From Candidatus Saccharimonadota bacterium (GTDB taxonomy: Bacteria; Bacteroidota; Bacteroidia; Flavobacteriales; Blattabacteriaceae), in NCBI RefSeq assembly GCF_014252315.1, contig NZ_CP059216.1, forward strand, positions 358,038-390,037: a stretch of DNA of 32,000 nt, in the 5' to 3' direction. The notes under the pieces were generated by a model, which made no database searches, was not told the origin of the DNA, and was given only the letters and a program-made list of their open reading frames with translations. Each line of letters begins with the position of its first letter. The first letter of the stretch is position 1. This document shows, one piece after another, positions 1 through 10,243 of this stretch. A program made the translations under genes and the position numbers.

Positions 1-17
1 TTAACATAAAAAATTAT

Positions 18-707
18 TTAAATATTTATAGATTCACCTGTATTTAATAAAATCAATCTTTTTCCATTATTATAGAACATTTCAATAGATTTTTTTTTAT
101 CAATTTTAATATTTTCAAAAGTATTATAATGAACACCTAAAATATTATCACATTTTAATAATTCAGACGCAATAATAGCATCTTCAACACCCATTGTATA
201 AGTTCCTCCTATTGAAAGAACAGACAAGTCTATTTTTCCATATTTTGGAATTAATTTCATATCATATGTAACAGAAGTATCTCCTGATAGATATATATTT
301 TTTTCTTTAGTATGTAATAAAAATCCACCTGGATTACCTCCATAAGTACCATTTAAAAAAGAACTAGAATGAATAGCAATTACATATTTTAATAATCCAA
401 ATGGAAATTCAATAAAAGATCCATAATTTATTCCATATGTTTTTATTCCTTTTTTTTCAAAAAAAGAAGATATCTCATAATTAGATATTAATAATATATC
501 TGGATTTTTTTTATAAAAAAAGTTAACATCATCTACATGATCATAATGTGCATGTGTTAATAATATATAATTAATTTTATTATTTATATATTTTGATATT
601 ATATTATTATATAATAATTTTTTATCATAAAAAAATGGATCTATTATTAATTTATATTTATTTATTTCTAATAAATATGTACTATGATATAAAAAAGTTA
701 ATTTCAT
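18..707 (-). CDS. MBL-fold (beta-lactamase-like) metal-dependent hydrolase, UPF0173-like
   Basis: 229-aa ORF with an HxHxDH metal-binding motif (THAHYDHVDD) and later GD/H residues typical of the metallo-beta-lactamase fold. Substrate unknown. Confidence 0.75.
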   Translation of the reverse strand: MKLTFLYHSTYLLEINKYKLIIDPFFYDKKLLYNNIISKYINNKINYILLTHAHYDHVDDVNFFYKKNPDILLISNYEISSFFEKKGIKTYGINYGSFIEFPFGLLKYVIAIHSSSFLNGTYGGNPGGFLLHTKEKNIYLSGDTSVTYDMKLIPKYGKIDLSVLSIGGTYTMGVEDAIIASELLKCDNILGVHYNTFENIKIDKKKSIEMFYNNGKRLILLNTGESINI

Positions 708-718
708 AAAAATTTAAT

Positions 719-1636
719 TTATATTCCTATAATTAATCCATATATAAAAATAATTAAAACTAATTTTTTTAGTTCTAATGTAAATAAACTATTTTTATTT
801 TTATTATTAAATAATAAATATATATTTATAATATGTTTAATTGTAAATAATAAAATTATATTTAATAAAATAAATTGATAATTTTTCTTTTTATTAATAA
901 AAAGAAAAATATAACCTAAAGTTATTGCTGTTAATATAATTATTGTATGATATAATTTTATATATTTTGGTCCTAAATATGTAGCCAATGTTTTCTTTTT
1001 ACATAAAAGATCATAATCCATATCTCTCATATTATTTATATTTAAAACTGATGCATTAAATAATCCTATGGATAAAGATAAAAATATTATATCTACTGTT
1101 GGAAATAAATGAGTATATAAAAAATAACTAAATATAATAGGAACAAATCCAAAAAATATTAATACTAATAAATCACTAATTCCTATAATATATCCATAAT
1201 TTATTCCTAATGAATAAGATATAGATGTATATATACATAAAATTAATCCTAATAAATAAATAAATGAATATAAATTATTTAAAGATGTCAATAATATTGA
1301 TACATATATAAGCATAATTCCAGATAAAAAAGATAATATAGATAATATATAAATTGAATATTTTATATGAACATCAGATATTAATCCAGAACTAATAACT
1401 TTTTTTCTTATAAAAAACAATCTATCTAATCCTTTTTTATTATCTCCATAATCATTTGAAATATTTGATAATATTTGTAATAAAACAGCTGTTATTATAC
1501 ATAGTATATATATATAAATAATTTTATCATTAAAATAAACTTTATTATATATATGTAAAAATATTGATGTTAATCCTGATAAAGATAATGGAATTGTATG
1601 TATTCTAGATAAATATATCCAATATTTTAATTTCAT
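719..1636 (-). CDS. menA: 1,4-dihydroxy-2-naphthoate polyprenyltransferase (UbiA family)
   Basis: 305-aa polytopic membrane ORF with the UbiA-type Asp-rich motif [11 protein letters not shown]. Its start overlaps the menB stop by 4 nt (ATGA), indicating a coupled menB-menA pair. Confidence 0.8.
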   Translation of the reverse strand: MKLKYWIYLSRIHTIPLSLSGLTSIFLHIYNKVYFNDKIIYIYILCIITAVLLQILSNISNDYGDNKKGLDRLFFIRKKVISSGLISDVHIKYSIYILSILSFLSGIMLIYVSILLTSLNNLYSFIYLLGLILCIYTSISYSLGINYGYIIGISDLLVLIFFGFVPIIFSYFLYTHLFPTVDIIFLSLSIGLFNASVLNINNMRDMDYDLLCKKKTLATYLGPKYIKLYHTIIILTAITLGYIFLFINKKKNYQFILLNIILLFTIKHIINIYLLFNNKNKNSLFTLELKKLVLIIFIYGLIIGI

Positions 1637-2457
1637 AAAAATTTTTTAAATTTTTTAAAATTTGGATCTCTTTTTTCTAAAAAAGCTTTTTTTCCTTCTT
1701 GTGATTCTTCCATTAAATAAAACATTAAAGTAGCATCTCCAGCTAATTGCATTAGTCCGTGTTGACCATCTAATTCAGCATTTAAACACCTTTTAATTAA
1801 TCTTAAACACATTGGACTTCTTTTCTGTATTATTTTACACCATTTTATTGTTTCATTTTCTAATTCATTTATATCTACTATTTTATTAATTAATCCCATA
1901 TCTAAAGCTTCTTTTGCATTATATTTTTTACATAAAAACCAAATTTCTCTTGCTTTTTTTTGCCCTACATTACGAGCTAAATAAGAACTTCCAAAACCAC
2001 CATCAAAAGATCCAACTTTTGGTCCTACTTGACTAAATATAGCATTATTAGATGCTATAGTTAAATCACAAACAACATGTAATACATGTCCACCTCCAAC
2101 AGAAAATCCATTAACCATAGCTATAACTGGTTTAGGTAATTCTCGTATTTTTTTATAAAAATTTAATATATTTAATCTTGGCTGACCATCTTCTCCTAAA
2201 TATCCTCCTGGACCTCTAGTTCTTTGATCACCTCCTGAACAAAAATATTTATTTCCATTTCCTGTTATAATTAAAACATCAATATCTGTTCTATTTCCAC
2301 ATATTTCAATGGCATTTATCATTTCTTCTACTGTTTTTACACGAAATGCATTACAATATCTTGGTCTATTAATTTCTATCTTAGCAATTCCATTACAAAT
2401 AAAAAATAAAATATCTTTATAATTTTTTATTGTAATCCAATCTATTAATTGATTCAT
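1633..2457 (-). CDS. menB: 1,4-dihydroxy-2-naphthoyl-CoA synthase (crotonase family)
   Basis: Motifs [25 protein letters not shown] and [11 protein letters not shown] are typical of MenB. The ORF is open to 2499, but MNQLIDW (ATG at 2455-2457) fits the conserved N-terminus better. The stop codon is TGA. Confidence 0.9.
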   Translation of the reverse strand: MNQLIDWITIKNYKDILFFICNGIAKIEINRPRYCNAFRVKTVEEMINAIEICGNRTDIDVLIITGNGNKYFCSGGDQRTRGPGGYLGEDGQPRLNILNFYKKIRELPKPVIAMVNGFSVGGGHVLHVVCDLTIASNNAIFSQVGPKVGSFDGGFGSSYLARNVGQKKAREIWFLCKKYNAKEALDMGLINKIVDINELENETIKWCKIIQKRSPMCLRLIKRCLNAELDGQHGLMQLAGDATLMFYLMEESQEGKKAFLEKRDPNFKKFKKFL

Positions 2458-2522
2458 AATATGAATTAAATATTTAATTAATTTTATTAAAATAAACAAA
2501 AATTTTTTATATTAATATATTA

Positions 2523-2924
2523 ATGTTTAGAAATATATTAGCAATTTTTTTAGGTATATTTATTAGTTATTTAGAATTAATAATTTTATTTATAGAAATG
2601 AGAAAAAAATTATATTTAAATATTGAACTAAAAAATATTAAAATAATTTTATCAGAATATTTTAACAAATTTTTACTTATAATAATTATATATTATATAA
2701 TTGGACTTTTTTCTAGTGAAATAATAACAGCTTTTATTGTAAAAAAAGCAAAAAAAGCATATTCAATTTTAACTGGATTTATTTTTTCTATAAATACTTT
2801 ATTACTTATAATATTTAATCCATTTCCATTATGGTTTAAAATAATCATGATTCCAATATGTTTTGTTTTACCTTACTCTGTTGGAAATTTAGTTGAATTT
2901 TTAATAAAAAAAATTAATATATAA
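2523..2924 (+). CDS. hypothetical small membrane protein (about 4 predicted TM segments)
   Basis: 133-aa ORF filling an otherwise empty gap between menB and the transporter, with no ORF on the other strand. It has four hydrophobic stretches. A 133-codon open frame in such AT-rich non-overlapped DNA is unlikely by chance. I recognise no family. Confidence 0.5.
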   Translation: MFRNILAIFLGIFISYLELIILFIEMRKKLYLNIELKNIKIILSEYFNKFLLIIIIYYIIGLFSSEIITAFIVKKAKKAYSILTGFIFSINTLLLIIFNPFPLWFKIIMIPICFVLPYSVGNLVEFLIKKINI

Positions 2925-2937
2925 ATATATTATTATT

Positions 2938-4194
2938 TTATAATATCAAATATATAAATCCAGATATATATCCAATTAAAGCTATCCAACTAATTTTTTT
3001 CAAATACCAAATAAAATCTATTTTTTCTAATCCCATTGCTGCTACTCCAGCAGCAGATCCTATTAATAATAAACTACCTCCAGTTCCAGAAACATAAGCT
3101 ATATAATGCCAAATATCATGATCAATAAAATAAGAATAAGAAAACATAGATATAGTTGCAGCAACAAGAGGTATATTATCTATCATAGATGAAATAAGAC
3201 CAAATATAAAAGAAGTTATTTTCCATTCATATATTACATTATTTATCCAATTAGAAAAATTATATAATATACCTAATGATTCCATAGAAGAAATAGACAA
3301 TAATATTCCAAAAAAAAATAAAATACCAGAAAGATCTAATTTTTTTAAAATATCATCTATACAATCATTAAATTTTTTTCCATGTTTAATTAAGCATATA
3401 CATAAAAGTACTCCCAAAGAAAACATCATTCCCATATATGGAGGAATTCCTATGATAATTTTGTATATTGGAACAAGTATCATTAATAATGATCCAATTT
3501 TTAGCATAAAAAAACCTTCTTTAATATTATTAATTGATAATTTATTTTTTTTAAAATAAATATTACCATTAAAAATAGGATAATTAGATATTATACATGT
3601 AGAAACAATCATACATATTAAAGATGGAATAAAAACTTTTTTTAATAAATAAAAAATAGTAACTTTTTTAGATATCCATAACATAGTTGTTGTTATATCT
3701 CCAATTGGAGACCATACACCTCCAGAATTAGCAGATATTATAATTAATCCCAAATAGTATAAACGTTCTTTGTAATTTGGTATTGTTTTTCTTAATAAAG
3801 ATATTAAGACTATACTTGCTGTAAGATTATCTATTATTGCTGATAATAAAAAAGATGTAATACTTAATTTCCATAAAAATTTTCGTTTTGTATCAGTATA
3901 GAATAATTCTTTTAATGCTTCAAATGCAAAAAATTCATCAAGAATAGAAATAATTAACATTGCTCCAATTAAAAAAAATATTATTTCAGATGTTTTTCCT
4001 AAATATAATAATAATAAATTATTAGGATCTTTTCTTATTAAATATTGACTTAATTCATATACTGGAAGATTTAAATATATTATTAATGACCAACATATAA
4101 TAGCCATTAAAATAGATGGGATAATTTTATTTATTGAAATAATATTTCCAAATATAATAAACAAATATCCAATAAAGAATATTAAAACTACCAT
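2938..4194 (-). CDS. nhaD: NhaD/ArsB-superfamily ion transporter (Na+/H+ antiporter NhaD-like)
   Basis: 418-aa polytopic membrane ORF. The motif SGGVWSPIGDITTTMLW resembles the conserved NhaD signature (GGAWSPIGDVTTTMLW). Confidence 0.7.
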   Translation of the reverse strand: MVVLIFFIGYLFIIFGNIISINKIIPSILMAIICWSLIIYLNLPVYELSQYLIRKDPNNLLLLYLGKTSEIIFFLIGAMLIISILDEFFAFEALKELFYTDTKRKFLWKLSITSFLLSAIIDNLTASIVLISLLRKTIPNYKERLYYLGLIIISANSGGVWSPIGDITTTMLWISKKVTIFYLLKKVFIPSLICMIVSTCIISNYPIFNGNIYFKKNKLSINNIKEGFFMLKIGSLLMILVPIYKIIIGIPPYMGMMFSLGVLLCICLIKHGKKFNDCIDDILKKLDLSGILFFFGILLSISSMESLGILYNFSNWINNVIYEWKITSFIFGLISSMIDNIPLVAATISMFSYSYFIDHDIWHYIAYVSGTGGSLLLIGSAAGVAAMGLEKIDFIWYLKKISWIALIGYISGFIYLIL

Positions 4195-4236
4195 TTGGAT
4201 TATTTTATTATAAAATTAATTAAATAATTAAATTAT

Positions 4237-5529
4237 TTATTGAATCCATGATGGACAAATAGAATTTTTTCCAATTAATTCTTCAATACGTAATAATTCA
4301 TTATATTTTGAATTACGTTCAGATCTACATATTGATCCAGTTTTTATTTGTTTTATATTAAATGCAACTGATAAATTTGATATAAAAGAATCTTCTGTAT
4401 CTCCAGAACGATGTGATATTATATTTTGATATTTATTATTTTTTGCAAAATTAATAGTTTCAATAGTTTCAGTTAAAGTTCCTACTTGATTAAGTTTAAT
4501 TAGAATAGAATTAGCTATTCTTCTTTCTATACCATATTTTAATTTATCAACTTGAGTTACAAACAAATCATCTCCAACTAATTGTACTTGATCTCCTATT
4601 TCATTAGTTAAAATTTTCCATCCTTTCCAATCATTTTGAGCCATTCCATCTTCAATAGATATAATAGGATATTTATTAATTAAAAAAGATAAATATTGTG
4701 CATGATCTTCTCTTGATTTTATAGAAGATATTTCTGTATTTTTCTCAAATTTAGAATAATCATATTTATCTTTATCATAAAATTCAGATGAAGCACAATC
4801 TATAGCAATTCCAACATCATCATATGGTTCATAATTAGATAAATGTATTGCTTCCAATATTTTATCTAAAACTTTTTCCGTTCCTATAATATTTGGAGAA
4901 AACCCTCCTTCATCTCCTAATCCAGTTGAAAATCCATCTTTGTTTAATAAATATTTTAAATTATAAAAAATACTATGACCTATTTGAAGATATTCTATAT
5001 AATTATTAGCTTTCATTGGTACAATCATAAATTCTTGAAAAGCTATACATGCATTAGAATGTTTACCTCCATTAATTATATTCATTAAAGGAATTGGTAA
5101 TACACAAGAATATATTCCTCCAATATATTTATATAATGGTAAATTTAGTTCAATAGCTGCAGCTTTTGTTGCTGCTATAGAAACAGCTAAAATAGAATTA
5201 GCTCCCAATATTTTTTTATTTTTTGTACCATCTAAATTTAACATTGTTCTATCAATATTAATTTGATCAAAAACAGATTTTCCAATTAATTCTGGAGCAA
5301 TAATATTATTTATATTTTTAACAGATTTTTTTACTCCCTTTCCAGAAAAAAAATTATTGTTTTTATCACGTAATTCAAATGCTTCATTTTTTCCTACAGA
5401 TGCACCAGAAGGTATAGAAGCTCTTCCTAAAGAATTTTTATTTGTAAATAAATCTACTTCTACAGTAGGAAATCCTCTAGAATCTAATATTTGTCTAGCT
5501 ATAATTTTATTTATTACTCCCATTATCAA
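4237..5529 (-). CDS. eno: enolase (phosphopyruvate hydratase)
   Basis: 430 aa with ARQILDSRGFPTVEV, SHRSGDTED and IKTGS motifs. The start could also be the ATG 6 nt downstream (MGV...). Confidence 0.95.
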   Translation of the reverse strand: MIMGVINKIIARQILDSRGFPTVEVDLFTNKNSLGRASIPSGASVGKNEAFELRDKNNNFFSGKGVKKSVKNINNIIAPELIGKSVFDQINIDRTMLNLDGTKNKKILGANSILAVSIAATKAAAIELNLPLYKYIGGIYSCVLPIPLMNIINGGKHSNACIAFQEFMIVPMKANNYIEYLQIGHSIFYNLKYLLNKDGFSTGLGDEGGFSPNIIGTEKVLDKILEAIHLSNYEPYDDVGIAIDCASSEFYDKDKYDYSKFEKNTEISSIKSREDHAQYLSFLINKYPIISIEDGMAQNDWKGWKILTNEIGDQVQLVGDDLFVTQVDKLKYGIERRIANSILIKLNQVGTLTETIETINFAKNNKYQNIISHRSGDTEDSFISNLSVAFNIKQIKTGSICRSERNSKYNELLRIEELIGKNSICPSWIQ

Positions 5530-5947
5530 CTTTTATATTTTTTTTTCTTCTTTTTCTTGTTGTTTTAATTTTTTTAGAATAAAAATTTTCATTAAAATCT
5601 ACTAATTCAATAAATGATATTATTGAATTATCTCCATTTCTATATCCTGATCTTAGTATTCTAGTATATCCACCTAAACGTTTTCTAACTTTATTAAATG
5701 AATCATCAAATAGATTAGAAACAGCTTTTTTGTCTTTTAAATAAAAAAAAGCTCTTCTTCTTGCATGTGTTGTATTAGATTTTGATTTTGTTATAATAGG
5801 TTCTATATATTTTCTTAATACCTTAGCCTTTGCTAGTGTAGTAAAAATTCTTTTTTTTTTTATTAAAGAAGAAGCCATATTGGAAAGCATAGATTTTCTA
5901 TGTTTATTTTTTCTTCCTAAAGAATTTTTTTTATTTCCATGATTCAT
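5507..5947 (-). CDS. rplQ: 50S ribosomal protein L17 (bL17)
   Basis: N-terminus MNHGNKKNSLGRKNKHRKSMLSNMASSL is typical of L17 and the gene follows rpoA. A basic C-terminal tail runs 23 nt into eno. Confidence 0.9.
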   Translation of the reverse strand: MNHGNKKNSLGRKNKHRKSMLSNMASSLIKKKRIFTTLAKAKVLRKYIEPIITKSKSNTTHARRRAFFYLKDKKAVSNLFDDSFNKVRKRLGGYTRILRSGYRNGDNSIISFIELVDFNENFYSKKIKTTRKRRKKNIKVDNGSNK

Positions 5948-5964
5948 AAAAAATATTTAAAATA

Positions 5965-6984
5965 TTAAAACATATTATTTTTTTCATTTGTATTTAATTT
6001 ATAATCAGATGTTTTCATTCCAAAATATAATCCTTTTTCTTTCATTTTTCCTTCTAATTCATCTAAAGATTTTTTTCCAAAATTTCTCATTTTTAACATA
6101 GAATTTCTATTACAATTTACTAATTCTTCTATAGTATTTATTGATGCTAATTTTAAACAATTTTTTGTACGAACAGAAAGATCCATTTCGCTTAATTTTG
6201 ATTTTAATAATGTACGCATTTTTGAAAATTCTTCGTTATATTTTTTTTTATTTCTTTTTATTTTTACTTTTTCTTTTTTGTCTATTTTTTCTGAAGAAAA
6301 AATAGATAAATACTGAATTAATATTTTTGAAGCTTCCATTAAAGCTTTTTTAGGTAAAATAGATCCATCTGTTTTTATTTCTAATGATAAATCTTCAAAA
6401 TCAGTTTTTTGTTTTACACGGCAACTTTCAACTGAATATTTTACATTTACAATTGGTGTAAATATAGAATCTATAGGAATAGTTCCTATTATATAATTTT
6501 CTTTTTTATGTTCTTCTGCAGGGACATATCCTCTTCCTTCTTCTATAGTAAAACTTATTTTTAAGTCTAAAAATTCTTCTTTATTACATATAACTAAATC
6601 ATGATTTAAAATCTGAAATCCTAAAATAAATTTATTTAATATTTTTCCTGTTATTATTTTTTCTTTTTCACTAATAACTACGTTAACAACTTCTTTTTGA
6701 GTTCCTGGAATTATTTGTTTTAATCTAATTTTTTTAAAATTTAATACAATTTCAGTTACATCTTCTGCTACCCCTTTTATAGTAGAAAATTCATATTTAA
6801 CTCCTTCAATTTTAATTGAAGTTACGGCAAACCCTTTTAAAGAACTAAGTAAAACTCTTCTTAATGAATTTCCTAATGTTATTCCATATCCAGGTTCTAA
6901 TGGTTTTAAATGAAAAATACCTTTTTTATTTGAAAATTCAGTAACTAAAATCTTGTCAGGTTTAACAAAATCTAAAATAGCCAT
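5965..6984 (-). CDS. rpoA: DNA-directed RNA polymerase alpha subunit
   Basis: 339 aa with LEPGYGITLGNSLRRVLLSSL and a C-terminal domain containing LSVRTKNCL. Position in the alpha operon fits. Confidence 0.95.
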   Translation of the reverse strand: MAILDFVKPDKILVTEFSNKKGIFHLKPLEPGYGITLGNSLRRVLLSSLKGFAVTSIKIEGVKYEFSTIKGVAEDVTEIVLNFKKIRLKQIIPGTQKEVVNVVISEKEKIITGKILNKFILGFQILNHDLVICNKEEFLDLKISFTIEEGRGYVPAEEHKKENYIIGTIPIDSIFTPIVNVKYSVESCRVKQKTDFEDLSLEIKTDGSILPKKALMEASKILIQYLSIFSSEKIDKKEKVKIKRNKKKYNEEFSKMRTLLKSKLSEMDLSVRTKNCLKLASINTIEELVNCNRNSMLKMRNFGKKSLDELEGKMKEKGLYFGMKTSDYKLNTNEKNNMF

Positions 6985-7003
6985 ATAAAATTTTTTTTAT
7001 TCT

Positions 7004-7606
7004 TTATTTTGAATATAATTCTACAATCAATTGTTCGTTAATATTTTCAGGTATTTGTTTTCTATTTGGAATAGATCTAAATATTCCTATCATATTTTTT
7101 TCATCTAAAATTAACCAATCTACTGATATTTTATTTTTTTTATTAATAGAGTCTAATATTACTGGATGATTTTTAGATTTTACCATAATTTTATCTCCTG
7201 GTTTTAATCTAAAAGAAGGAATATTAACAACTTTATTATTTACCATAATATGTTGATGAGATACAATTTGACGTGCAGATGGTCTAGAAGGAGAAAAATT
7301 TAATCTAAAAACTATATTATCTAAACGTCTTTCACAAGCTTGTAATAATAATTCACCAGTAATTCCTTTTTTTCTAGTAGATTCAAAAAATAAATTTTCA
7401 AACTGACGTTCTAATATTCCATAAGTATATTTAGCTTTTTGTTTTTCCATTAATTGAATAAGATATTCTGATCGTTTTGATCTTCTACGACTATTTCCAT
7501 GATGTCCAGCTGAATATTTTCTTCTATTGAAATATTTATCTTCTCCATAAATACATTCACCAAATCTTCTAGATATTCTAGTTTTAGGACCTGTATATCT
7601 TGCCAT
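7004..7606 (-). CDS. rpsD: 30S ribosomal protein S4 (uS4)
   Basis: MARYTGPKTRISRRFG N-terminus plus an S4 RNA-binding domain. Confidence 0.95.
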   Translation of the reverse strand: MARYTGPKTRISRRFGECIYGEDKYFNRRKYSAGHHGNSRRRSKRSEYLIQLMEKQKAKYTYGILERQFENLFFESTRKKGITGELLLQACERRLDNIVFRLNFSPSRPSARQIVSHQHIMVNNKVVNIPSFRLKPGDKIMVKSKNHPVILDSINKKNKISVDWLILDEKNMIGIFRSIPNRKQIPENINEQLIVELYSK

Positions 7607-7623
7607 TATTATAATATTTTATT

Positions 7624-8016
7624 TTATACTCTTCTCCTTTTAGGAGGTCTACATCCATTATGAGGTAGTGGTGTTATATCTTTAATTACAGTAACTATTA
7701 TTCCAGAATTACTTAAAGCTCTTATTGCTGCATCTCTTCCAGCTCCAGGTCCTTTTACTTTTACTTCTATTTTTTTTATTCCAGCATTTAATCCTGCTTT
7801 TGCTACATTTTCTGCTGTTATCTGAGCAGCATAAGGTGTATTTTTTTTTGATCCCTTAAAATTCATTTTTCCAGCAGAAGACCATGCTATTACATCTCCT
7901 TTTTTATTAGTTAAAGTTATAATTATATTATTAAAACTAGATTGAATGTGAGCTTCTCCAACTACGTCAACCAAAACAGATTTCTTTTTTTTTTTATTTT
8001 TAGATGATTTACTCAT
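7624..8016 (-). CDS. rpsK: 30S ribosomal protein S11 (uS11)
   Basis: C-terminal [16 protein letters not shown] signature. Confidence 0.95.
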   Translation of the reverse strand: MSKSSKNKKKKKSVLVDVVGEAHIQSSFNNIIITLTNKKGDVIAWSSAGKMNFKGSKKNTPYAAQITAENVAKAGLNAGIKKIEVKVKGPGAGRDAAIRALSNSGIIVTVIKDITPLPHNGCRPPKRRRV

Positions 8017-8027
8017 ATTTTATAATT

Positions 8028-8408
8028 TTATTTTGTAACTTTTCTTTTATTTGCTACAGTTTTTTTTCTTCCTTTTCTAGTTCTACAATTATTTTTAGTT
8101 TTTTGACCTCTTAATGGTAATCCTTTTCTATGTCTTATTCCTATATAACAATTTATATCTTTTAAACGTTTAATATTAAATTGAATATCAGATCTTAATT
8201 CTCCTTCAATTTTTATATTATCAGATATATATTTTCTAATTTTACTAATTTCATCATCAGACCAATCTTTTACTTTTTTATTTTCATTTACATTAACAGA
8301 ATGTAAAATTTTTTTAGATATGCTTTTTCCAATACCATAAACAGAGGTTAATCCTATAATACCGTTTTTATAATCTGGAATATCTACACCTGAAATCCTA
8401 ACTGACAT
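8028..8408 (-). CDS. rpsM: 30S ribosomal protein S13 (uS13)
   Basis: [11 protein letters not shown] start and [22 protein letters not shown] motif. Confidence 0.95.
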   Translation of the reverse strand: MSVRISGVDIPDYKNGIIGLTSVYGIGKSISKKILHSVNVNENKKVKDWSDDEISKIRKYISDNIKIEGELRSDIQFNIKRLKDINCYIGIRHRKGLPLRGQKTKNNCRTRKGRKKTVANKRKVTK

Positions 8409-8421
8409 AAATTAATGTTTT

Positions 8422-8537
8422 TATCCTTGTTTTTGTTTAAATCTTGGATTTTTCTTATTAATAATTCGTAATTTTCCTTTTCTAATTACAATTATACAAT
8501 CACTAGTTCTTTTTTTTAAAGAAGCTCTTATTTTCAT
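8422..8537 (-). pseudogene. rpmJ: 50S ribosomal protein L36 (bL36), frame interrupted: 116 nt from ATG to stop, one nucleotide short
   Basis: Manual translation. ATG at 8535-8537 gives MKIRAS and then an in-frame TAA. One frame over, 8518 down to 8425 reads [32 protein letters not shown] followed by TAA (8422-8424). Joined, the two parts make a canonical 38-aa L36. The break is at TCTT|A8 (8511-8522). Confidence 0.7.
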
Positions 8538-8564
8538 AAAATAATTTTTTAAAATTTATTTAAT

Positions 8565-8780
8565 TTAATATCTATAAGTTATTCTTCCCCTTTCTAAATC
8601 ATAAGAAGACATTTCTAATCTAACTTTATCTCCAGGTAGAATTTTTATATAATGCATTCTCATTTTTCCAGATATATGAGCTTTAACTATACATCCATTT
8701 TCTAATTTTACACGAAACATTGCATTTGGAGAAGATTCTATAATAGTACCATCAACTTCAATATGTTTTTGTTTAGCCAT
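8565..8780 (-). CDS. infA: translation initiation factor IF-1
   Basis: 71 aa of S1-like OB fold. The sequence [29 protein letters not shown]...[16 protein letters not shown] is typical of IF-1. Confidence 0.95.
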   Translation of the reverse strand: MAKQKHIEVDGTIIESSPNAMFRVKLENGCIVKAHISGKMRMHYIKILPGDKVRLEMSSYDLERGRITYRY

Positions 8781-8836
8781 TTAAAATAAATTATTAGAAA
8801 AAAATTTGTTATTAAATTTTTAATATACAAAAAAAA

Positions 8837-10225
8837 TTACAATTTAGTATATTTAATTCTACGATTTTTCATCATTAAATCATCATAATGATAATTTAAT
8901 AAATATATATTTATTTGCTGAACAATATCTAATATAACTCCAACAACTATTAATAAAGAAGTTCCTCCATAAAACAATGAAAATCCTTGAGTAATACCTA
9001 ATCTAAATATTAAAGATGGAAGTATTGATATTATAGATAATAAAATCGATCCAGGAAAAGTAATATAAAATAAAATATAATCTATATATTCAGATGTTTC
9101 TTTTCCAGGTTTTATTCCAGGAACATATCCTCCATTTCTTTTTAAATCATCAGCCATTTGATTAACTGGAATAGTAATAGCTGTATAAAAAAATGTAAAA
9201 ATTATAACAAGTATAGCTATAGTTAGATTATACCATAATCCATAAATATCTTGAAATAAATGAAAAAACTTTTTTATATTAGAATTTTCTATATAATTAT
9301 AAAAAGTTATTGGAAATAACATAATAGCTTGAGAAAATATTAAAGGCATTACTCCAACTGAATTCATTTTTAATGGAATATACTGATGTTTTTTATTCAA
9401 TAAAAAATAATTTGATGTTAAAAATGTTTTATAATGAGATACATATTGAACTGGAATTTTTCTAATAGCTTGAATAATAGTTATAGAAAATAAAATAACT
9501 AATAACCATAATAAAAATTCTATAAATAAAAATATAATTCCATAATTATCTATTCTTAATTTATAATATATTTCTTTAATTATAGCATCTGGAAGCTTAG
9601 ATATTATTCCTGACATTATTATTAAGGAAATACCATTTCCTATTCCTATATCTGTAATTTTATCACCTAACCACATTGTAAATAATGTACCAGAAGTTAA
9701 TGTAAGTATACCTATAATCCAAAATATTATTTTACCATAAAATGAATTAATGTCAATTAAATAAACAGAATTAAAAAAAGAAGAAAATGGAATTAATTGT
9801 TTTGTTAGTGATGTAAGATAAACAAATGCTTGAAACATACATATTATTATGGTTAACCATCTTGTAATAAAATTAATTTGTTTTCTACCACTTTCCCCTT
9901 CTTTTTGTAGTTTATGTAAATTAGGAATTATTATACACATTAATTGCATTATAATAGAAGAAGAAATATAAGGCATAATTCCTAATGCTAATATAGAAGC
10001 TCTATTAAAAGCTCCTCCAGTAAAAGAAGAAAGTATATGAATCAATCCTTTAGATTCTGAATTAAATCTTTCAATAAAATTATTAATTCCTAATGGATTT
10101 ATTCCAGGAATAGGAATATAAGCTCCAAAACGATATATTAATAATATACTTAAAGTTATTATTATTTTCTTTCGTAATTCTTTTACGTTCCATATGTTAT
10201 GAATATTTTTAAAAAAATTATTCAT
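8837..10225 (-). CDS. secY: preprotein translocase subunit SecY
   Basis: 462-aa, 10-TM protein with LGIMPYISSSIIMQL. It lies after rplO. Confidence 0.95.
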   Translation of the reverse strand: MNNFFKNIHNIWNVKELRKKIIITLSILLIYRFGAYIPIPGINPLGINNFIERFNSESKGLIHILSSFTGGAFNRASILALGIMPYISSSIIMQLMCIIIPNLHKLQKEGESGRKQINFITRWLTIIICMFQAFVYLTSLTKQLIPFSSFFNSVYLIDINSFYGKIIFWIIGILTLTSGTLFTMWLGDKITDIGIGNGISLIIMSGIISKLPDAIIKEIYYKLRIDNYGIIFLFIEFLLWLLVILFSITIIQAIRKIPVQYVSHYKTFLTSNYFLLNKKHQYIPLKMNSVGVMPLIFSQAIMLFPITFYNYIENSNIKKFFHLFQDIYGLWYNLTIAILVIIFTFFYTAITIPVNQMADDLKRNGGYVPGIKPGKETSEYIDYILFYITFPGSILLSIISILPSLIFRLGITQGFSLFYGGTSLLIVVGVILDIVQQINIYLLNYHYDDLMMKNRRIKYTKL

Positions 10226-10243
10226 AATTATTTTAATTAATAT

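Noticed and set aside
2458-2499. Longer menB start ([14 protein letters not shown]...)
   Set aside because: The 14 extra hydrophobic residues have no counterpart in MenB as I recall it, and the ATG at 2455-2457 gives a canonical N-terminus. Only orthologue alignment could settle this.
5357-5605. 82-aa plus-strand ORF across the eno/rplQ junction
   Set aside because: It lies entirely within well-supported minus-strand genes, has a low-complexity antisense composition, and shows no recognisable motif.
8800-8821. 8-bp A/T-only hairpin (AAAAATTT-GTTATT-AAATTTTT) in the infA-secY spacer
   Set aside because: The stem is short and purely A/T, as expected by chance at this base composition. It is far weaker than the 17-bp rplO-secY hairpin.
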